A DNA stretch of 64,000 nucleotides from Octopus vulgaris. Taxonomy: Eukaryota. Each line of letters begins with the position of its first letter. Position 1 is the first letter of the stretch. The position numbers were made by a program, and so were the translations under genes. The notes beneath the pieces are model-generated. The model was not told the DNA's origin. It worked only from the letters and a program-made list of their open reading frames with translations, and searched no databases. Below, piece after piece: positions 54,673 through 64,000 of this stretch. The stretch is from contig OX597814.1 of NCBI GenBank assembly GCA_951406725.2, forward strand, positions 59,768,001 to 59,832,000, given 5' to 3'.

Positions 54673-55207
54673 ACAATACATAGTTCGTGATCAGTCTTAA
54701 GAATCGTTTGTCTTAATGTTAATACGATAGAAACGAATTTCGACTTTACAGGTTGAATTCTACAATAATGCGTTTCTCTGTAGTTTTTTTTTTTTTGTCA
54801 AATACTCCGAATTTCTCTTAATGTTTCAAAAGAATATTTGGATCTAATTTTCATAGATAAGGATTTACCTTGGATATGTATTCTACTTACATTTGATGAT
54901 GTCTGATTTTTGTATGTTGTATGTTAACCAATTTTTCTAAAACAGTGCTTTGTTGATATCTACCTGGACTTTTAATCCACTTTTCTTGTGTGTGTCTGTC
55001 TATCTGCTGTCTGTCTCTCTATGTGTCTATGTCTGTCTCTGTATATATATATATATATATATATATTAAAAGAAATGAGGTAATCAGAAGATCGGATGGT
55101 TTATATTTACAGATATTTATTTATATATTACATTTTTTACATATATATCATATCACTTAGACCATTAGCGCTTTCTCCCGTTCTAGTGGGGTTTTCAAAT
55201 CAAAATA

Positions 55208-55239
<32 letters not shown>

Positions 55240-55359
55240 ATGCATGCATACATGCATACATACACACACATATATGCATACATATACACTTATAATCACA
55301 CATACTGAAATTTTTTTCTACTTCACCTAAAAATGTGATAAATGTCAAAGATTATATCT

Positions 55360-55760
55360 TTGTTGTCACCATGGATCGTACCCCTGCAGAGTAATGATGA
55401 CTCGACAACGAAGGTATTCCCGATTAAGCGCGAATTTTCTAGCTGTCTTGCCGTTCTATTACTAGATTTTAATATTGTCCATTTATAGCGTTCTTTGTCT
55501 GCCACTTGATCGACGATCCTCTACACTCCCACCCATGATAATATCTTTCACACCCCTACTTCTCCGAATATGGCCATAAAAAATGAGCTTTTGTTTTGTC
55601 AAAATGTTCCAGCGCTCTCGTCTTACACCTACATACGAATAATACCTATTTATTTCTCCTCGAAGGGACTCGTAACATTCTCCTATACACATAAATTTCA
55701 AACGCAATTAATATATTCTTTTCAAATATGTTCAGCGATCATGCTTCACTACCATATCTA
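55360..55760 (-). mobile_element. RTE-clade LINE 3' fragment
   Basis: KQKLIFYGHIRRSRGVKDIIMGGSVEDRRSSGRQR matches the RTE C-terminal GH...G.R.RGR motif. A 22-bp direct repeat (55338-55359 and 56110-56131) may be a long TSD. Confidence 0.75.
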
Positions 55761-56596
55761 CATAAAATAATTTCATTGAAATTTTACACCTGGAGTATAA
55801 CCTATTAAAAGTATCCATGATATAATATTCATGAGATCTAATTCCGATGAAACAGTTGTAAATTGATGAAATAAAACGATTGCTCATTCATTTCTTCTTG
55901 ATTATATTTACATAAATATATATGCATATACGTGTGTGTGTATGTGTGTGCTGTGAATAATATGGAAAATAATCGCTGAGTCGAGGTACGTAAATATTCG
56001 AACTACAAATCGGAGAGGTTAAAACGAAAGACTGCTAAAAATGATTTCCTCGCAAATACTGCTTCATGAAACCCACTGTTTTTGTTTTTTTACTTCTATT
56101 ATGAAAGTAATAAATGTCAAAGATTATATCTAATCTCACATGAATAAATCACTGTGAACCGAATAATATTAACTCAAAATATATGTACTTCCTTTACATA
56201 TTCAAATTTAAGAGACGTTTGGCAAAGGTTTTGTTTACCTTTTAAACAGAATTGCATTATGTATTGCGATTACAATATTATTGGGAGCTGATTTTAAGTG
56301 GTTTTATGTATTTCACCTTTATGTAATGTAATTAACCCCGGAAACTGATAATGGTGAATGAGGATGTATATTAGACTACGAAATGTAATTTTCGAAAGCC
56401 GAAATGATCAAATTATTAGTGCATATTGATTGCATTGGACGGATATAGATACATATACACTCTCCCCTCCACACACACACACACGCAAACACATACACAC
56501 ATATATACATTCCTATGTGTTATATAAGTGTATATATGTGCATATTTGCGTATATATGTGCATATATATGTACATATATATGTATGTGTAAATAGG

Positions 56597-56668
<72 letters not shown>

Positions 56669-57229
56669 AGCACCTATACTTTCACACAGGACTGAACACA
56701 TTTTATTATATGCAGCCATTCACAAGAAAAAAAGGATCACATACGTAATTTTAGCTCATATTCACACACTACATAACATTACAGAAACACACATACACAC
56801 ATATGCCTTGCACAAGTACACTTTCGAAGCATATACAAAATACATTTATTTTAGCTATATATATCTTGTTATTTTTTCTTCTACGAAGTATCGATGAAAA
56901 CCACACACAAAGACACATGTAATACAACAAAGGAGTCAAACTGATGACACTTTACACACACTCACATACACGTATAAAAATATTTTCTACTCTTCCTCCA
57001 GTTGTGTTCAATTGTAAAAACACGTCCATGTGGCTTAAAATCCTGATATACGTTTACGCAAGATTGAACCTAACGACTGATGGATCTACGCAGGATTTCA
57101 CGTAAAGACCCATGCTCATGCTTGTGCAACTTCGGAAACCTGAACTATGAACATTTATGACTCTTTTTTTCTATTTCGCTCCATTCCCTATTTATTTTAC
57201 TCCCTTCCTCTATGACGTCATCTCATTAA

Positions 57230-57613
57230 TATACTACACTTCCGAGCAAGCTCTGTGTGTCTTGGGTATGTGCTCTGGTTTCTTGTGATGCTCTTATTTT
57301 TACTATATTGAAAGTGCTTTACGTAGGATGTGTGCGGTGCCTAGCAGTGCCTGGTATTTTCTGGATGTTATATATACTTGTTCGTCCTGGTGTTTTTGTT
57401 ATGTATTTGTCTGAATATTTTTTTGAAAGTTTCTCCATTTCTTTTAGAGGAACATTGGTATTCATGTATCTATTAGAAAGCATTTTTCTCGGTGATCTCT
57501 GACTACTATATCCAGCTTATTGACCTAAATTTTTATATTTGTGTGCATTGGCATATCCCAGAGTATGGTTGCTTTCTCATTTTCTGTGACCTTTTCTGGC
57601 ATGTGCATATACC

Positions 57614-57617
<4 letters not shown>
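57230..57617 (-). mobile_element. 3' fragment of R4/Dong family B
   Basis: Aligns with 17395-17880, with one internal deletion. The truncation point abuts (AAT)n. Confidence 0.85.
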
Positions 57618-57657
<40 letters not shown>

Positions 57658-57665
57658 TATTATTA

Positions 57666-57737
<72 letters not shown>

Positions 57738-58714
57738 TTGATAATATCTTCTGTATACTCTTCTCGAGTCTATTTCGTTCTCTTACATTTGTCTTTCTGC
57801 GGTGGCTGTGGAAGTGAACTTTGGACGGCTCGAGTGACCATCCAGGTTCGTATTCAGTAAAGAGATTATGCCAGTAGGTGACCTTTCGACCCCAGGCTGA
57901 CTCTCTATTTCAGATTAACTATAGGACATACAAGTTAATATATTGTTGTAGTTTTCCTTTTGTTTCGTACGAAATGTTTGTGCTACATTAAAATTATTAG
58001 TATTGAGCCCTTTGTGGCAGATATAGAAAGGATTATTATCACTGCCATTACTGTCACTTCTGCCATTACTACCGTTGCAATTACTTCAACCTCACCAATA
58101 CAACAGAAGTGTACATCGCTAGTTAACATCAACACCGCCGTGGCCTGTATCATTACAGCCAACCTTTGTAGCCATCGCATCAGTTTAGCCGTTTTCATCG
58201 TGGTTATGAGCTCCTGGAAAATTTAGTTAAATCTGCCAGATTCGCTCCTACTAATGTCTAGTATTATGAAATGTTTAGTTTCGACATTTGACTTGTATTT
58301 GAAATAATACGTGAGAGTTGGTGAATGGGGGGCGGGTAGCAGAAGGCAGAGATGCAGGTTGGTGGACACAGACAAATACCACCAGTCTGTAAATAGGTTC
58401 ATCTGATGGTGACAAGTTCAACAATGGTGCTTTGCATTCCTGTGCGATCAAGAAAATAAAAGGAGCGGGAACTCCCTACACTAGAGGTCAAGTATGTGTT
58501 TGCTACCACACTGACCAATGGGTGCGGTGACCTTGGGAAGATTCAACGCATCCTGTACTGTTTTAATCACTGATAGATAAAATTCTGTATGTTTCTCTCT
58601 TTGTTTTTTCTGTGTCCCTTTCTGTAGCGTTATACTAATACATCTGTTTGTTTTGTACACCACCTGCCTTCTTTTGTTTTTTTTTTTCGTAAACTCTCCA
58701 CACATATATATATG

Positions 58715-58765
<51 letters not shown>

Positions 58766-59043
58766 ATATATGTATGTATGTACACACACACACACTCACT
58801 GATATTTACATTACATTTGAAGTTTGTTTTCTTTTACAAGTTTTTCTGTCATTTACAATTTTTGTAATTGTGCAGTTTGTAAATATTGCCAGCCGCTTAT
58901 CTCTTACATTTTATCAGGTCTGGGAAATATTTGGAGGAGAAAGACATTTTCGCGCATATGAGAGAGCGAATTTTTGGGAGTTCTTGACATTTGTATAAGT
59001 TAGAGTATTATGTACTGCCAAAGAGTCGCTTATTTTGAAATTG

Positions 59044-59552
59044 AACCAGATATTGTTATCAATGGCCAAAACAATAAAATCTGTTTATTAATTGACATGA
59101 GTATACCTTGTGGTCATAATATCTCAGCAGAAGAACTTGATAATTATAGAAAATATAATGACTTGCTGATTGAAATTGATAACATGTGGCATCCCAAGAC
59201 GGTTACAATACCAGTGATTGTAGGAGCGTTTAGACTGATCGAAAAAGGAAATGAACGTTATTTAAGAATGATCCCTGGTTTACGATCCATGCAGGAAGTA
59301 CAAAAAATTGTCTAAAGTGGTACGTCTCACGTACTGTGAATTTTGTTTCCTTCTTCCCTTGTGTTTTTTCTTTTTTCAATTTTTCTTTTTTTTTATTCTT
59401 TCTTTCCTTTTTCTCCTTACATTCTTCCCCTTCTTTTTTCCTATCACTGCAGTGTTTATTTTACTGACCGACAAATGTATACACCGCGTTTATATGCCCT
59501 AGGTGTTGGGAAGGCCCTCGGCACGAAATGGAAACAAAATTGAAATAAAAAG
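59044..59552 (+). mobile_element. 3' fragment of R4/Dong family A with (AAT)n tail
   Basis: EPDIVINGQNNKICLLIDMSIPC...QEVQKIV is close to the element A C-terminus. The 3' UTR matches the reverse complement of 14508-14575. (AAT)n tail at 59553-59663. Confidence 0.9.
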
Positions 59553-59632
<80 letters not shown>

Positions 59633-59667
59633 AACAATAATAATAATAATGATCATAATAATAACTC

Positions 59668-59793
59668 GTGGAGGCACAAGGCCCGCAACTTTGAGGGATA
59701 GGTCACGTCGATTACATCCTCGCCAGTACACTGCTGGTAATTATTTTATCGACCCTGAAAGGATGAAAGGCAAAGCCGACCTTCGGCGGAATT
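59668..59793 (-). mobile_element. SINE family 1-related fragment
   Basis: tcgaccctgaaaggatgaaaggcaaagccgaccttcggcggaatt matches 8343-8387. Confidence 0.75.
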
Positions 59794-59884
59794 AAGTTAA
59801 TTGTGACGACGGCGATGATGATGATGATGATGGTGATGATGACAATGACAAGAAGGAGAAGAAGAAGAAGGGGAAAAAGAAGAA

Positions 59885-59916
<32 letters not shown>

Positions 59917-59933
59917 AGAAGAAGAACAACAAC

Positions 59934-59965
<32 letters not shown>

Positions 59966-60505
59966 GAACAATACAATATAACCCAAATGTTCAAACGAAG
60001 ATTAAATACTTTGAGGTTCACTTAGAAATAGGTAACTTTCCATGTCTTAAAATATTTTTACTTATCTAACGATTAAGATGTTCAGGAACATGAAACATAT
60101 AAAGAGAATTAGTAAACAAACCGAGAACTAAAGCAAAAAACAAAATACATATGTTTGTGCGCGAACATACACATATATGTGCGTATGTGGGCATATAGAT
60201 ATGTGTGTGTATGTATTTGTATATAAACTAATTAGTGTCTCTTTAATTGCAGCTGGAGTCAGACCTTGTTTTTATGTCCTCGATGTTATTCTGTTATTCT
60301 CATATTTTTGTTGTTTACGCAGAAAAGTTAATAAGATCTACCGCAAATAATAGACCGTACAATTAGATGCGCACTGATATCTTTCAGTATGTATGTACAG
60401 GTTGTAAATTCCAATTTGAGAATATATTAATGATTCCCTTCACTAATAGCTTGTTTATTATGCCGAAATATTATCTGATCTGTATTAATTGTGTTATTCT
60501 TTTTG

Positions 60506-61062
<557 letters not shown>

Positions 61063-64000
61063 ATATTCTGCTCAATACCACAGATTTGCTTGTAAGTTGC
61101 TTGACCTTAACCAGTTGAGCTTCACCCTTAGTGGCAGAAGATATGTGCATCTCACGAGCAGAAGTAGTGGAGGAGATTCACAGCCATGTGTTGAGATGAA
61201 TTCTTTGGGTTTTGGATAATTCACTTTTGGAAACAGGCGTTTTGTTTAACATTATTAAGGAAGCCTTATTCGGAGATCTTTTGAGCATGTGGAACTGCTT
61301 GACCTGAAGAAAATTCCAACTTGGCCCCACCTGCAACGTCATGCGCTGTTTATCTTGACAAGCTTGTCGGTGTCCAATGGCTCCATACCTGGGATGAAGG
61401 CGGGTAAACTGTGAATCGTGTCTTAATTCCGGATCAATAATTGGATGAATATACGGGACCAACTGACTCACACCCATCTCCTAGTGGGAATCAGGATCAT
61501 GGTCTCCAACACACAAACATGCGAAGGGAAAAGGCCCAACTTATGGGTAGTATTAGCTCTGCAGTCTTAGTTGACCTCTTTGCCACACCACGGGAGAAGT
61601 GTGAGAAAAAGCGAGCATCTGGCGCCCTCAAATAAGCAGTGCTCCGGGTAGGCTGTACTCGTTAAACTTTGGTGGCAAGCAGCCTAAGAGAAGGAACACC
61701 CTTAGGCTGCTTGAGGCCAAAACCAGGGAAGTAAGGACCCTGCCGCCTCGGCGCACAACCTTGATAGAGTTGGTGCCTCGATAAAACTACTGGTTGACAG
61801 TAACCTAAAAACACTTTGTGACTGAAAATGCCAAGCAAAATATATGAACGGAACTAGAACCAATAATGAAGGTGCCGCAGCCTGCAGGTGCCCAACTGTC
61901 CAGCAGGGCGGACCCGGTCGAAGTCCAGCAACGGTTTGGCATGCTACAACACACAAGTGGAGTAAACAAGTAAACATGATAATGGAGTGTTACAGCTGGA
62001 GCACCTTAGTGGATGTGAATGGAGTACGTGTCAGAGGGTATAGGAAATGAATGCCCAGTGAGTAGAAGGCAATGGAATTGATCGAAATTAATGAACAGAG
62101 ATTATTTGACCAAGCAAGGGGAATACGAAAGAATTGATGGGTAATAGAGTTGGAGCTAGAAGCTATTAAATGAAGGATGTCAGGTGAGGTTCTGGCTTGC
62201 GAGAAATGAAAGTGGTGTAGTGGGAGATTTCGCAAGAATATCATATCGTCAATAGTGAAAGAAGTGAGATCAGTGACTACTCAAATAATGAAGTTCGATT
62301 AATAATAGACAGAATTTTGGATCTATTAAATACAGAAAGGAAAGAATTTATGTGCGACTTTACGAATGTTAATTAATGGAGACTGAATCAAGAGATGAAT
62401 AAAGCCAATAATGTAGTGAAACACATTGAAACAAAGAACACCACACAAACAAATAATCTTATCAAGGCTGCTAGTAGGATTCTGGCCGAAAGGATGGGAT
62501 TGAGAACTACTGAGAACAGAACAGGGGCGGGTGGAAGAGAAAATAAACAACCATGGTGGAAGAGGAGAATTTCTATATACTCTTTGATATATACTCTTTG
62601 AACAGTGTGGTTTCAATACTTGTCAGGAAAAGAAATGGAGAACTTGAGAATGAATGGAAATTCGAAAACGTTAGGAAGAAGTATGATGTAGATACAAAAG
62701 GCCTAAATGTTGTAATTGAAGAACTGAAACAGCGCAACCGATTAAGCAATACCAACACAACAAATTGTTTAGAACCGACCATAGAAAATTTAATCAAGAG
62801 ATTAACAACGATAAAAACGTGAAAGGTTTGTCCCTGATGCTGATGAAAGTCGACTTCTTTGTGGTAAGCTATGGAGTAAGCAAGAACAAAATAATACTAC
62901 AACTGAATGACTCTGCAGCCTCAAGCAAACAACGTCTTACACTAGCAAGAGGCTATCCACTTCACAGAAGAGAGTATCAGAAATATGAGTAAAAAGAGAA
63001 GCGATTGGAAAGCAGCAGGATAAAAAAGTTCAGTAGTTGCCATAAATTGATCGCAGGCAATGTAATGCATTGGTCAATGGAGAAGATGAAATCCCGGACT
63101 GGTTGACAAAAGGACGAACGGTGTTGTGCCTGAAGGATGCATCAAAGGGAAATGCTGCTGACAATTACAGACCAATTTCCTGCCTCCCGTTAATGTGAAC
63201 GTTATTGTCAGGAGGAATTGTAGAACTGTATAAATTTCTTGATGAGAACGATATATTATCGCCGGAACAAAAAGGGTCTAGAAGGAAATGCAGATGTACC
63301 AAAGATCAACTATTGATAGACAAAATGGTAAAGCAAAATTGTAAACGAAGGAGAACAAATCTGCGAATGGCTTGGACTGACTATCGCAAAACTTATGATA
63401 TAATTCCACATTTGTGGATCAGTGAGTGCTTAGATTTATTTGAAATTGCGAGGAATGCAACGTGGTTCCTGAAGAGAAGTACAATGGGATGGAAAACTGA
63501 ACTGACGGAAAAAGCTTGGATATCAGAAGTGGGACTTTCCAGGGTAACAGCCGTCCATCTCCGTTGCTTTTCGTTGTCTGCATGATACCCCTTGGTACTC
63601 AGGAAAATGAACCTGTGGTACCAACTAAAGAGCAAATCCCAAACAATCAACCACATCCTCTTCATGGATTATTTGAAAGTGTATGGCAAAATGAGTTCAT
63701 TTGTGAACATGGTCCACTGATTTAGTACTGATATTAGAATGGAATTTGGACCCAAGAAGTGCGAATAATCTACCTAAAAAAATGGCATGGTACAGTCCCC
63801 AGCAGGGATAAAATTACCGGAGAGAGACTTGATTAAGCAAACTGAAACAAAAGGATACCAATACCTTGGTGTACTAGAGTTCAACGAGATAATGGAAAAG
63901 GAAATGAAAGAGCAACTGCGGATGGGGTATTTCTGAAGACTGTGGTTTGTGTTGCGCTCAAAATTGACTGGATGTAATAAAATCCAAGCAGTTAATACGT
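61063..64000 (+). mobile_element. Decayed R4/Dong-type retrotransposon including probable 5' UTR; runs off the window end
   Basis: N-terminal remnants KWSKQVNMIMECY...RGYRK, EQRLFDQARGIRK and QPWWKRRI. RT remnants [30 protein letters not shown] and INHILFMD. Many stops and frameshifts. The 5' boundary is approximate. Confidence 0.85.

Overview
This is an AT-rich, microsatellite-dense eukaryotic window of intergenic or intronic DNA. The repeat families look like those of an octopod cephalopod (Octopus); that is my recognition, not a database result. I found no intact host gene, and most track ORFs are artefacts of simple repeats. The window holds two stacked, 5'-truncated R4/Dong-type (RT plus restriction-like endonuclease) retrotransposons in (TAA)n repeats at 14.5-19.9 kb, with further fragments and a decayed copy at the window end. 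It also holds several Penelope-like (GIY-YIG) remnants, three Tc1/mariner relics (one DD41D), two non-autonomous Helitrons, a solo LTR, CR1 and RTE 3' fragments, several tRNA-derived SINE families, and a probable decayed rhodopsin-class GPCR pseudogene (1.9-2.7 kb). The most interesting signals are at the RNA level. First, there are minimal type-I hammerhead ribozyme motifs with palindromic stem III (best at 52659-52703 and 51569-51616). Second, a SINE shares a 41-nt 3' tail with a (GATA)n-embedded LINE-like 3' end, and both occur as head-to-tail trimers, which suggests one reverse transcriptase that builds multimers. Third, a tRNA-like Pol III head is fused inside a Penelope-like 3' region. 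All calls come from reading the sequence by eye, and none establishes a new system without the checks listed.
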